DNA of 60,485 nucleotides, the filler included. It is 10 parts of 10 records of this genome, joined end to end, with 100 filler letters (N's around TTAATTAATTAA, not from the genome) between each part and the next. Parts side by side here need not be neighbours in the genome. Positions count along the whole stretch, not along the records: positions 30,509 to 36,802 come from SRR31147125_156736; positions 36,903 to 43,376 come from SRR31147125_156945; 8 more parts are not named here. One strand, 5' to 3'. Made by a program: the position numbers and the translations under genes. The notes beneath the pieces are model-generated. The model ran no database searches. It was not told the DNA's origin and saw nothing but the letters and a program-made list of their open reading frames with translations. Position 1 is the first letter of the stretch; every line of letters starts with the position of its first letter. Below, in pieces: positions 30,509 to 42,900 of the stretch.

Positions 30509-32640
30509 CTGCCGGCCACGCTGCTGCCGTTGACCTGCACCGGCCGGCTGCCGGTGGCCGGGTTGCTGTAGCCACTCCAGAAATTGACCGCCTTGGTCTG
30601 ACTGCCGAAGCCCTCCAGGGCCGTACAAGCCTGGGTCGTGTTGTCCAGACGCACCGCCCGCATTGTGACTGTCGTTCCTTGGCAAGACTCGAAATCGGGA
30701 ACCTGGAAAATAAACCCCGTGGCATAGAAAAGGACATCACAGGAACCGGCCACACCGTTGACAAAACATTCAGTCGGATTCATTGCCGCCGGAGCGGTAC
30801 TGGAGACTCCGAGGGAGACGCTCTCCGCCTGGGTGTGACGCAGGGAAAAGACTCCGCTGCCGCCACTGACGGTCTGCACATCGCCGCCCACCCAACCGCT
30901 CGGGCTCAGGGTGACTTCGACGGGCTCGGTATATTCCTCCGTGCAATCAGCATTCAGGCAGGCCCGTACCGTGACCTCTTCCGGCTGGCACGTCAATCCC
31001 TGGCCGTCATGCTCGATGCGGTAATGGTCAAGGTCGACACCGAGGAAATTGCATGGGTGGGTGGCATTCATGTCCGCCTGGACCTGGGATTGACTCAGGG
31101 CGCTGGCATAGACGCGCACCTCATCGATAAAGCCGTCGAATTCGCGGCCGCTTATGGCCATATCCTGGCCAATTTCCAGTGGGTCACCGCTGTCCATCAG
31201 CAATTCATCCCGATCCGCCCCGGCTTCCTGCTTCGAAAAAGGTGCGCCATTCAGATAGATAACCTGATCGGCTGTGGAACGGCTGTAGACGACGGCGACG
31301 TGGTACCAGCGGTCGGCCTGGATGTTGGCACCACTGGTCGTATAGGTATGCTGCACCGCGGATGTGTCGTTCCACCACCAGTAAATTTCCCGGGAGCTGT
31401 CGATATGGAATTCGTAGTTTTCGTCCTTGGAGAGAATGCTCTTCAGTTCCGAACTCGGCAAGGTCCGGGCCTTGAACCAAGCGGAAACGGTCAGCTCATC
31501 CGGAATGGCCAGCAGCACATTGTGGGGAATCTGCACCATACCCTGCACGGTACCGTCGAAGCCGGCGTACTGGCAGGTGCCGGGTGTTCCGCTCAGGGCC
31601 GGGTCGCTGTCTTCTTGGGTGGTGGCACTACTGATGATGCCGTCCAGGCTGTTTCCGGATGAGTCGCTGGCGGTCAATCCCCACGGATCGTCTTCCATGC
31701 GCCAATCGCCAACCGGAGGACATACCACCCCGGTCGTGGAGAAGATCAAATCCGGGTCCTCGGTCGCATCTTCCGTGGAGTTGCCGTCGCTGACATCGAT
31801 ATTCACGGTCTCATCCGCCGCGTCGCGTAACCCCAGGGTGACGCTGCCATTGTCGGCCGCGACAAAGGTGTAGCTGGCATTCCCGCGGCCGGAATCGTTC
31901 AGCGTGCCGTTGCCGGAGACAACCGACCAACTGCCGTGTCCGGTCGAGGTCGATAAATTGACGGTGCCGGTGAAACCTGTGTCAACATTGTGACTGTCGT
32001 CATGGGCGGTGATGGTCACCGGCTCCGGGCTGCAGTTGTTCCCCGTCCCATCGTGAGCAATGGCGAAATGTCCGTTGGCCGTTGTGTAGAGAATCTGCAC
32101 GTCGTCGAAATAGACACGGTCGTCATTCCCCATCGATGGCGATGAATAGAAGTTGATTAACGTCTGGTTGGAGATATAGTCGCTGATGTCAAATGAGACG
32201 GCCACATATCCGGAATCATTGGCTGGCCCGGCATGGCTTGTCAGCCTAGTCCAGGTCCCGCCGCCGTCGCCGGAAACAAAAACTCCAACGTAATCCGAAT
32301 TGTTGTCCAGATTCTGGCGTCGATAGGTATAACTTAGCGTGGCACTGGTTGCCCCGCTGAGATCGACCCCCCGGTAGGCTCCCCGGCGGCGCCCCCTGAC
32401 CATCAATACATAGCGACTTTGACCCGGGCCCTGCCTGACCCGGACATCCCCTCTGGAGACATCGCCATCATCGTTGACTTCACGCCATGAACCGGACCAG
32501 TTGTTGGTCCCGTCATTATTGCTATACGATATATTGTTGAATTCATCCCCGACCGTCTCGGCTCGCGACAAGCCCGGAACCAGAGCGATGGCCAGGATAA
32601 CCAGCAGTAATACCAAAAAGGTTAATTTCCTTATATCCAT
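30509..32640 (-). CDS. mshQ: MshQ-like pilus adhesin/biogenesis protein with a LamG domain (3'-truncated)
   Basis: Signal peptide; LamG motif WYHVAVVY..FDGFIDEVRVY; DHYRIEHDGQGLTCQPEEVTVRAC.NADC typical of MshQ; last gene of the msh cluster. Confidence 0.8.
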
Positions 32641-32658
32641 TTCCCTAACCTTCTGAAC

Positions 32659-33066
32659 TCAAGGCCCCGAAACTTTAGTTTCCAGACGCCGGGAGACATA
32701 ATCGTCGGAACCGTAACTCCCGGACTCCGCCAACGCCGTAATTCGATAGACGTTGTAGGTATTGCTCCCTTCAGTAAACAACTGGCTCTGGCAGGTGACA
32801 TTGACATTGAAGCCGGTTCCCGGCACGGCAAAGCTCGTATTGGCGGCACAGTTGCCCACCGCCGCTCTAGCAATTCCCCATTCGATCCCGCTACGGGCGG
32901 CATGGTATCCCCTGGCTCCCTTGAGAGACAGAACAGAATTATGACTCTGAACCGTGGACATGGTCAGCAGGTAGCTGCCAAACACCGCCAGAGCGAGAAG
33001 AACAAAAAGAGCGATGACCAGAGAAAAGCCCCGCTCCCTATTCCGTGGGTGAAAAACCGACGTCAT
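32659..33066 (-). CDS. mshP: MSHA minor pilin MshP
   Basis: RGFSLVIALFVLL, ARGYHAARSGIEWG, YVSRRL. Confidence 0.85.
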   Translation of the reverse strand: MTSVFHPRNRERGFSLVIALFVLLALAVFGSYLLTMSTVQSHNSVLSLKGARGYHAARSGIEWGIARAAVGNCAANTSFAVPGTGFNVNVTCQSQLFTEGSNTYNVYRITALAESGSYGSDDYVSRRLETKVSGP

Positions 33067-33869
33067 GGCGCATTACTCACATGAACCTGATGCAGCAGGG
33101 TAATCTGCTCCCCGCCCTCTCCCAGGGAAAGTTCAATGGTCAGCAGAGCTACCCGCTGGCTGGTTCCCGGCGCGTAGGAGAACTGACAATTCAGGACATT
33201 ATCCGCCATCAGGTCGCCGTTCCCGGCTGGAAAGCTGGTCGTTTGTGTTTCGCTGTAGGAATAAGCCTGATAACGAACAAGAGTCCCGGCGCCACCGTCG
33301 AAAATGTAACTCACCGGCCCATCGAGAACAAAAAAACGCTGATAGGGTGAAGCGAGAGGAAAATGGAAAGCGGGTGACAGGACGACATGATCGACACTGC
33401 TGCCGCTCCCGACCAGCGCGCGGTTGTCGCCGTAATAGGCATTACCGACATGCCCCGCGGCCGCCAGATTGTAAACTGCCAGGTTCGTTCCCGCCGCGGG
33501 GACTGCCCGCAGAGAGCCCAAGACGTCAAAACCGTTATCCGCAGCCGTCAGGTCGAGAACATCCCCCGGCCCCGCGGCCCGGTAGCGGCCGCCGTCCGTC
33601 GTACTGACAAACTCAAGAGCCGCACCTCCGGCGGCAATGCGAATGCTGTTGGGCAAGGCCCGGCGGACATCACGCTGCATGCGGGACAAGATCGTTTCCG
33701 CCGCGTCGACAAGTTCAATCCGCTTTTCCGCATCCAGGAAGCCTTCAATCGGCCTGCGGATAAAATCCAAAGAAACGGCCGCCAGGACACCGACAATAGT
33801 AATCACCAGGATAATCTCGACCAGCGTGAAGCCGGAATTCCCCCTCAAGTTGTCGGAAGCAAGTTTCAT
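33063..33869 (-). CDS. mshO: MSHA minor pilin MshO
   Basis: GFTLVE, RMQRDVRRALPNSIR, SPYQRFF, LLHQVHVSNAP. Confidence 0.88.
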   Translation of the reverse strand: MKLASDNLRGNSGFTLVEIILVITIVGVLAAVSLDFIRRPIEGFLDAEKRIELVDAAETILSRMQRDVRRALPNSIRIAAGGAALEFVSTTDGGRYRAAGPGDVLDLTAADNGFDVLGSLRAVPAAGTNLAVYNLAAAGHVGNAYYGDNRALVGSGSSVDHVVLSPAFHFPLASPYQRFFVLDGPVSYIFDGGAGTLVRYQAYSYSETQTTSFPAGNGDLMADNVLNCQFSYAPGTSQRVALLTIELSLGEGGEQITLLHQVHVSNAP

Positions 33870-33875
33870 AGCGTT

Positions 33876-34334
33876 TTAATAATCGGTCCTGTATCCTTGC
33901 AGGGACATGCTGAAACCATTGGCATGAGTGACGGTCACATCCACCCTTAAGGCATTGATGGTCGGTGTCCCCAGAGTATCCGCCGTCACCGAAACATCAA
34001 CGGTATAAGCGTTCAAACCCACAGGATTGTTGAACTGGTTGCGCGCCCCGACATCATTCAGTCCGTTGTAATCGGCCACATCGTCGTAATTCTGTCGGCC
34101 CGCATCCGGCAGACCGTCGGGATCGCTGAATTCCTTCAGGAGTATCTCTTCCAGGTAAGCTTCGGCGATAGCCAGGGACTGGTGCTGGATAAGAGGATCG
34201 GCACTATGGAGAATAGTCGTATTTAACAGGAGCAGGACACCGGACAGGGCCACGGACATGATGACCATGGATATGACCAGTTCGATGAGGGTCAGGCCGC
34301 TTTGATTGTTGCGGATCGATAACATAGGAGTCAT
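33876..34334 (-). CDS. mshD: MSHA minor pilin MshD
   Basis: GLTLIE, SADPL, AEAYLEEILLKEF, DDVADYNG, LQGYRTDY. Confidence 0.88.
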   Translation of the reverse strand: MTPMLSIRNNQSGLTLIELVISMVIMSVALSGVLLLLNTTILHSADPLIQHQSLAIAEAYLEEILLKEFSDPDGLPDAGRQNYDDVADYNGLNDVGARNQFNNPVGLNAYTVDVSVTADTLGTPTINALRVDVTVTHANGFSMSLQGYRTDY

Positions 34335-34807
34335 GGCCCCTGGATAAACCCTGTTTCACCGATAATCTGAAAGGCGAGACCGCCCCCCACGGTAATGGTG
34401 AAATCGGTTGTCGCTCCCGAAGCGTTCCGAGCCCGGCCCACGGCATCGAAAATAACCGTGGAAGTGCTTAAAGTGACACCAGTCGGAGGGGCTTCGCTAA
34501 AGTTCCCACCTTTGCCAGGATGAATCACAGCCCGATCGAAAGCGCTGCTGCCGTTGCACACCTGGCGGCGAAAGATATCGACCCCCGATGATGAAGTCCG
34601 AACGCGGATGTCGCACCCTTCGGCGAGAGCCAGTTTCTGACCGTAGCGAAAAGCCGACATCACCTCGTTGCAATAGCCTCTTTCACGAAAGGTCCCGCTG
34701 TCGAAAAATCGCGGCAGGGCAACCACCGAAACAATGCCAAGGAGAACCAGAACCATGACCAGTTCAACCAGGGTGAAACCGGATTGATTAGTTTGCAAAA
34801 AGTGCAT
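34331..34807 (-). CDS. mshC: MSHA minor pilin MshC
   Basis: GFTLVELVMVLVLLGIVSVVALPRFF, RYGQKLA, FDAVGR, GETGFI. Confidence 0.85.
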   Translation of the reverse strand: MHFLQTNQSGFTLVELVMVLVLLGIVSVVALPRFFDSGTFRERGYCNEVMSAFRYGQKLALAEGCDIRVRTSSSGVDIFRRQVCNGSSAFDRAVIHPGKGGNFSEAPPTGVTLSTSTVIFDAVGRARNASGATTDFTITVGGGLAFQIIGETGFIQGP

Positions 34808-34856
34808 TCTTATTCCCAGCACCTAAAAAAACTGTCGGAATTTTACAACAATTCCC

Positions 34857-34898
34857 CAAAAAAGAAAAACGAGGCCCGGATAAACGGACCTCGTTTTC
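34857..34898 (-). terminator. Intrinsic terminator after the major pilin
   Basis: Minus strand GAAAACGAGGTCCG-tttatc-CGGGCCTCGTTTTT followed by a U-tract. Confidence 0.8.
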
Positions 34899-34940
34899 AG
34901 CTTTTATTATGGCCTGGAACAACTCAGCCCTGAATGTTCC

Positions 34941-35336
34941 TTAAAGGATACCGATAATGGTTGCATCGGCAGTGTCAATCGGGTTTCCATCACTATCTTC
35001 CTGGGTAACCGTGCAGGTGTTGGCACCTGAACCCAACGTGTTGGCCGGTGTGTTATCAAGTGTATAGTTATCTGGAATGCCACCTTCGAGAATCGCTGCT
35101 GCAGCGGCCTGACAGGTCAAACCTTCAGTAACAGCCCCTTTGGCCGAATTAGCCGAACGGCCTGCGTAGTTGACGGCGCTGGCCGAGGAAATAGCACCCA
35201 CAACCCCTTGCAATGCCGAAGCCTGGGCTTCAGTCTTGAGATCAATAAATTTGGGGACGGCCACTGCCGTGAGGATACCCAGGATGACAATCACCATAAC
35301 CAGTTCAATCAGTGTGAAGCCTTTTTCGTTGCCCAT
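34941..35336 (-). CDS. mshA: MSHA major pilin
   Basis: KGFTLIELVMVIVILGILTAVAVPKFIDL..EA; GGAGG RBS before ATG 35336; own promoter and terminator. Confidence 0.85.
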   Translation of the reverse strand: MGNEKGFTLIELVMVIVILGILTAVAVPKFIDLKTEAQASALQGVVGAISSASAVNYAGRSANSAKGAVTEGLTCQAAAAAILEGGIPDNYTLDNTPANTLGSGANTCTVTQEDSDGNPIDTADATIIGIL

Positions 35337-35406
35337 CGAATTTCCCTCCAGAGATTTGTTATACTCTTGACTTTCTTGAGTTTTCACCTATTTAGAACCT
35401 TTGATT

Positions 35407-35422
35407 TGCAAACATCAGGCCA
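35407..35422 (-). promoter_or_regulatory. Sigma54 (-24/-12) promoter upstream of mshA
   Basis: TGGCCTGATGTTTGCA fits TGGCAC-N5-TTGCW with exact spacing. Confidence 0.7.
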
Positions 35423-35451
35423 TTTACCCAGTCTCTCTTTTTACTTTTTCA

Positions 35452-36676
35452 TCATTTAACCACGGAATGAAGATCCCACATCGGCAGAAATATCCCCAAA
35501 GCCATGACCAGCACCAACCCGCCCAAAAACAAGATCAGAATCGGTTCAATGGCACCAGTCAAGCGCTTTAAATCGTAAGCCACTTCCCGATCATAGAATT
35601 CGGCAACTTCGTCGAGCATGGCATCCAGTTGGCCGGTCTCCTCCCCTACCGCCAGCATTTGCAGCACCACAGGGGTAAAAAGAGCCGCCCCAACAGCGCT
35701 GTTGGTAAGTGTTTCGCCTCTCTCGATGCTGTTGCGCATAAAGTCCAATCGCGAACCGATATAGGCATTGCCCACCGCGCTCGCAGTCAGGCCGAGAGTC
35801 TGAACCACAGGAATACCGGCCTGGAAGCCCATGGAAAAAGCGCGCGCGAAACGTGTCAGGGTGCACCTCAGGAGAATGCTCCCCACGAGGGGAAACCTGA
35901 GCTTTTTTCTGTCCCAGTAGAGGCGTCCGGTTTCGGTCCGCAGATAGCGGAGCCAGGCCGCCATACCTATCACCAGCAGAAACAGGATGTAATACCAGTA
36001 GTTGACAACAAAGTCGGAAGTACCGATTAAAACTCTGGTGGCCAAGGGAAGATCCGCCCCGAACTGATCGAAGACTTTTTTAAAGGTGGGAATTACCAGC
36101 ACGTTGAGGATAGCGATGGCCGTAAAAATAGCCGTAATGACAAAGATGGGATAGCGCAGAGCAGCCTTCATCTGGTCTGCCGTTTCCTTCTCCTGCTGAA
36201 GATAGCGGCCGACCTGAAGAAAGGCCTGGGACGTCTGGCCGGAGCTCTCCCCAACCCGTACCATGCTGGTCAAAATCCGAGGAAAAACCTTGGGATGGAG
36301 GGCCATGGCATCCGCCAAGCCCCTGCCCGATTCCAAGCTTTCAATCAGGGCATGCAGCGTATCCGCCATGAGCGGATTTTTTGTCGTCGTGGCGAGACCA
36401 TTTAAAGCCCTGACAATTGGAATCCCGGCTTTGCTCAGGGTATACATCTGGGAACAGAAAAAAATGAGTTCTTCCTTTTTCACCTTGCGCGGTAAAAAAT
36501 CCGACACATTTTTCCGGGCAAGGTTCTGCGGCGCTTTCCCGGCCTCTTCAATGGCCAGCGGGATGATTCCACCGGCCTGCAACTGGGCGGCCAGTGCCTC
36601 AGCCGATGGGGCTACCCGCTCAGCCTTGAAGAAAATGGCCGTCCGCCGCCCGGCCTGAATATTGGAAATTGGGCAC
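35452..36676 (-). CDS. mshG: MshG/PilC-family platform protein; frameshift near 36622
   Basis: True start GTG 36676 (MPNFQYSGR..DG..LQG); AGIPIV.AL, RVGESSG, ALRYP, VGEETGQLD, IEPILI, IFLPMWD. Confidence 0.88.
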
Positions 36677-36902
36677 TTCAACCTCTTCCGGTATTTATCT
36701 GAGTCTAGCCCGAATTATTCATGGAAACTTCTGCTGTAACCGTCAAAGCCACGCTATCTCAGGCCGTGCTCCCTCCTTGCTCTTCGACGTACTGCAAGTA
36801 CGNNNNNNNNNNNNNNNNNNNNNNNNNNNNNNNNNNNNNNNNNNNNTTAATTAATTAANNNNNNNNNNNNNNNNNNNNNNNNNNNNNNNNNNNNNNNNNN
36901 NN

Positions 36903-39900
36903 GTGTGTGTGTGTGCGTGTGTGTGTGTGTGCACGAGGCATACCGGTCACCTGCAGTCGCCCGCCTTCAAAGAGCCAGGCAAGTTGATTCTTGCTGTCCG
37001 TGTCGGAATGCTCCCGCACCATCCGATTGGAGTCCTCTTCATCATCTCCTGCTTCCTCTTCCTCGACCTGAAGGCCCCATGATGAGTCAATGCAAGATCT
37101 TCGTCAATATTCGACACCAACTTGAGTAAATGGGTTGCGTGTGTTGGAGAACACAAGAACTTTCGTCGGTCCATCGGCTCGTATGTAGGGATACACCCTG
37201 TACTCCCCCACTTTGATTCCAGCGTACGAACGAATGATATTGGGGTTGTATTCCCTCTGCACTTGGACTGCGTTCACCTCGCCCTGATCCGTACACCCGT
37301 CTCAGCCAGGCATTCCTCTCCCCCACCCCTCCCCTCCCCACCTTCGAGGGTCCAATAACTTCAACAACAAGAGAGTGGGGGCATGTTGGTTCATCCCATG
37401 TGAACACCACAGCATCTCCGCCAGGATGCAATTCATCCCACAGGTCAACGTCCTGTACAGAAGTCAAGAAAAAGAATGGACAACCCACACCCACACCTTC
37501 TGGTGAAACAGAATCCTCTCACGTTGACATAGATTCTCAATGCGATAGCTACGCGTGCCCATGATTATCCAACGCACACAACACAACACACAACGTACGG
37601 AGGGTGCTCCATATCTTCCTCACTAAATACAATGTACACGATGGACGTGTGAAGCTTCACTTCCACACGAACGTATCTAAATGCACATGAAGCTCAGAGT
37701 CATCACGGTGACTGGAGGAGACGTACGTAACATCTCGGGTCTCACAGTTCACCATTTTCAAAACGAAATCACCCAACTCTGCGACTCCAAATTTCCCGGA
37801 CCATTCAATGTGGGAACCTGTACGAATTTGCACGAGAGATTCCTGATGAAATACATCGTCGGGGGGATAGAGAAGGACAAGGAACAAGAAACAAACACCT
37901 CAAGTTTGTCGTGCCAGTGCCAGGGAAGGCGTGTCCCCGGTTTCAATTCGAGAGCCTGTTCAGAGCCGGCCTGCGTTACATGCACCATAGGACGTCACGT
38001 CATCGCTGTTTTCCAACGGAAGAAGAATTCACACCTGACGAAGAAACAGGGGTCCTTTCAGATCATTATGCGCCACATAGCGAGGTGTGAAGGTAACGAT
38101 CTTGGTTCGCTGAAAGACTCCCGGAGCGAGATCAACGGACATGGTAAGTTCGTATCGCTTGCGTGGTGCACTCTTTTGATGCTGTCACAGCAAATAAGTG
38201 AGGAGCGAGGTACACAATTCCGCGGGAACGACCAACAACCTTCTTCTCCGAAACGTGGAAGGGAGCCACCGTCCCCACAGTGTTCACACCTTGGGGATTG
38301 GACCATTTGCTCTCATTCGCACGAATGGAGATCTAATTGAATCCCGTCAGATGGGGCCGGCCCCTCCTACACTTCTTTCTGCACCTTCTTTCCAAAGATA
38401 TCACCGCCTTGAAAGCCAAACATGAACGGGGCACTGTCGGTGCGCTCCCCACATTCCCACGCAGAGTAATCCGAAGAACTATCGATATCCCCAAGACTTC
38501 GCGTTTGGGATGATTGGCCATCCCACGAGGATCCCCCGTCGCTCTCTTCACTTTGGCTCGCTTCTCCTACCATGAGTGGCCTGCGCATATGGCCTCTTTT
38601 CCCTTGTTCTGAATGCACACTCTCAAAACATGCATCGCAATACAACTTGCCGCATTCGTTACACCTGAGCACGAGAGTCAATGAAGCCCTTCACATCAAC
38701 ACCACAGACACACCGTATCGTCGCTTGATGTTTCTTGTTCTCGTAACAAACCCACGTCCCAGCCGGAATTCTGTTCCCAGAGATTGATGAAGAGTCACGT
38801 TGCCTATAGAAGAGCCGCAATCCAGTTTTGTTGATCATCCAGTGGGATGCGTATCTGTGTAGATGTGCAACACGCAAATACATTGAGAGGGAACACAAAG
38901 CGAGGAACCAACGCGTCAACACACAAAATGACTCTTCGTGTCTTGCCTTGTGGCTGTGTGTTCTCGATGTGCAGTGTGAGCCTTCTCTTCTCCGTGTCTA
39001 GAAGCTAAGGAAGCAGGCCCTACAATGAGTATCTATCGTTCACAAATGCGCGTACCTTGATCTTGTGGGCAAGTTTGGATTCGGACTTGCTACACACCAC
39101 AACACTATCGCTCCAGTTCGTGTAGGATACGCGTACAGACAGCTTCAGCATTGAGGAGGGGTCGAATTCGTGCACAAGCGCACTTCCACCACGAGAGAGC
39201 GATGATTGAATCTGTGTGTCATCAGCATCTACATAGGCACACACACACACACCAGTGGTGTGTTTGATTTCTCGCCCGTGAGGCGATAGTCCATCACTTC
39301 CGCAAGGAGATTCTCAATAATAAGGGGCGCACTCAAAAGGGCGTCTACCCGCCCATCGGGTGTGCATGTCACGTGTAGAGAGGTGAAGAAGGACGGTGCA
39401 CCATGGGACAATAGGAGCTACCAGACACGTGAGCGTAGACGGGCGGGCACATACCCCCAACAACACACATTTCGCTCCTTCTTTGCATCATTCTCAATAA
39501 CAAAGTCTTCTGACCAGCCGAACGCAGAAGAAGGACGAAGAGAAAAGACACGATATTCAGCATAGAGAAGAGGTACGTGGATGGAAGACTCAGAGGCTGG
39601 GGCGATGGTGGAATGTAAGTAGACAGGTGGACCAGAGAACACGCGCACCAATTTCACCAATCTCAATAAACGGGGTAGCAGGCAGACGGTCCTTCCTCAA
39701 ACGGAGTTCTAATGGAACTCCACACTTGTTGTGTATCGTGAACACGGAGTGCACATCAACGTGCTTTGAACTTTCACGTAATGCCACCTACACCTACGTA
39801 AGACCAACGGAGTTGTTGTTGTGCAAAGGCTTCATCAACCTCAACAACAAGCCTGGGGGCCGGGCCAAGATCCGGAGGCGTTCCGTGTTCGAATTTCAAG

Positions 39901-42900
39901 GGATACACCTGTACACCATGTCCCACTATCCCATCAACAACGAATCACCGGGGTCAAGGGTCATCCAAACCATTGTGCTGACTCGAGCAATGGGAATCAT
40001 GTGGAGCGGCTCGCATGCCAAGTCTTCAACCGTGACATCAATGGTAGGGGGAGCCCGTGGCGCCAACAGATCCTGAATTAACTTCTTCTTCCCTCCTCTG
40101 TCAAGATGGATCGGGATCTCACGTCCAGATAGCATTCGAGTCGGGAGTTTCTGAGGAATGGACTAAGGGGATCCATCCTCCTCCATAACACACGTACATC
40201 GGAATCCGAGTGAAATTGTAATCGCATCCCCGTGTCATTGGTCACCCAGTAACTAGTAGTACCCGCGTTTAAGAAAACAACGGTGCATCTAGGACACCAC
40301 ACAGGAGACGTACGAGGAGAAGAACCGAGAATCTGAGTCCTGCCTATCCGTGGTTGGCCATATCTTCCGAAATACATCCACGGCATCGATGGCAGTAATG
40401 AGGAGACCGTGCGTAACATTAAGATTGAGAAGCTCCGATGATCGCAGAGACACCGAGAGCCTCGGAGATACGCCCACAGTTATCTTGATAATGTGCGTTA
40501 TGTGTTCATCAGAAGCCACGTCCCTGATACCGAGGTACCTTCACGTGGACACGCCACAACTCGAGCAGTGGTTCCCATGCCACATTGGCTTGATTGTAGA
40601 AACACGTCTGAATGGCCGTCTTGATCTCGATCACAGTCTTGTGTGACTTACGATTGACAAGAATCTCCGGTGCAATGCTCGCGGCACTTAGCATGGGCAC
40701 AACAGCGTTGCGGAGATCGTTGAGGAAGCTAATACGGATATGCTGACAATGGATCAGCATCTATAAGGGCAAAAGGTTAAGAATGGATGAATAAGAAACA
40801 AATGAGGCCACCTACGTCCTCGTCCACTTCGGATTCTTCAACACGATTGCGATGCTCCTCACGAAGATCCGAGACCCGTCGGTTTCTACCTCCTGGTGTG
40901 GGCTTTCAGGGAGGAAGGTTAGAGTGCAGAACGATTCCCCGATATTTCAGTGCATCGCATACGCGTAGCAATGAAGGATGAGGCTGATCCTCAATCTTTG
41001 GAACAAGATTCACGATGGTGGATATACTTTGAATCAGAAACAGTGCAATCCCGCGTAGAAGTTTCACGTCCAGATACCTGACAGAAATCCAGTCATCACA
41101 CTGGTGAGTTGCATGGCGACATACGAAAAATTGAAAACCAATGGATCAACATCCACAACCAGTTGCCGCTGGGATGGGAGAAACGTTGTAGAGTTGACGA
41201 TATTGTGATCAATCGATCCCGTAATGGGCTCCAGGAGATAGTACGACTTGTTGTATTGCTGTAATACGGTGGGCCAAGAACCGTACAACCTTCTGGAGAT
41301 TGGCATACCTGCTCACGTGGAGAATCAACATGGACATCTGCGGAATGAATCGTGAATTTGTTCCACACTCCACGCCCTTCGCTCAATTCGTGATCAAACA
41401 ACATATCAACATGGATAATCAAGGCCGTGACATCCTCACTCTCAATCTGCTCCCCCAACCATTCAACATCATTCAGATCAACGCCCTTTGCAGATGGATA
41501 CACGTACCCTGTGGTCCTGTACGAGTCGGGCACGGGTGTGGTTGAATGATGTTACAATTTTCTTACTAATGCGCGAGGGCCTCGCCCGAGGGTCTTTCTT
41601 CCTCTTGGCATCCCATAGGGGCTGGAGTTGCGTTTGAATGATGTGTTCTGCTATTTCGACCGTAGCATCCGACAATGTGACTGTGGGACCACCAAAGGCC
41701 ATCTCAATCCACTCATCCCCCACAGGTCGCTTGTAGTATTTGAAATGGAAAGGATGGGCACCCGGATCGGTATCAAAGTCAAGCACACGCTGATGACGAG
41801 CTCATGTGGGTGGACCGAGGGACCGAAGGACCGGGTACAATGCCCATGCCCACCTTGAAAGTCAATGGATTCTCAGACGACGTTCCACGCAGTTGGATAT
41901 GTTCTGCCCATGTGAGAATCTGCACAATACATATGAGCCGTGGAATCTCTGGAGAGCACATGCCGTGCCACCCACTCGAAATCCAGTGGCGAGCAAAATC
42001 CAATCAACATGACCACCATTGATATGCAAGGTGCAAAGAGTGTTCTTGGACCTATACAAAGCTGGTCACGTTCGCAGCAAAGCAAGCAAGTGGAGACCAG
42101 TGCGACGTACCCATCTGGGAAGTATCCTGTTTTCCGCAAGATATCCAATCGCACCGAGACCTTCTCAAACACGAAAACGTGCTGTTCCTCTTGTGCGAGC
42201 AGTTCCTCCCAGTTAGGGATCCCGATTCGTCCATACGATGATGAGCGACGTCGCTCTGGGACCTTGCCAGGACGTTCAAACATAGCTGGAAATAGTTTGA
42301 ACATGCGATCTACGACGAACGAAACAACCATCAGCGGAAGAGAAAGAGGTGTGCATGGGATCCCACCCACCTCGCACTGCTTTTCCTTCGGCAAAGTTTT
42401 CGCGAAGGCCGTAGAGGAAAAAGGTGTACTCTTCCTCGGCTATCTCCAGATGAACGAGGGAACCTCCGATGCTTGCGCGAAACCTTTGACCCGGCTGAAT
42501 TCTCTCTACAATTCCATTGATATCGACGGGACGTAGAAGACTCCGTCGAGGTCCTGGACATGTCGCACCCTCCGTTTCCACGATAGCCATGTGCACGGAC
42601 AAACCCTGAACCATAGCAATCCAAAAACGTCCCGCAGGATCGGACTAGAAGAAGATGTGATTAACCCATGAAAGCACACACACACACACACCTACCTACC
42701 TTGCACACATGACCGTCGCACAGTTCATCCGCCAAGTCATCTTCTGATTCGTATGCATCAACAAACACTTCCTCCTCTTCCTCTTCCTCTTCCTTCTCTT
42801 TTTGCCCTTCTTCTTCCTCCTCTGCATCAAAGAACTCATCCTCTTCCTCTTCTTCTTGTGCGTCAACAAACACATCATCATCGTCATCATCCACCTCGTC

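Noticed and set aside
36903..36931. (GT)n and other simple repeats (also near 14848, 15695, 42675)
   Set aside because: Ordinary intronic microsatellites
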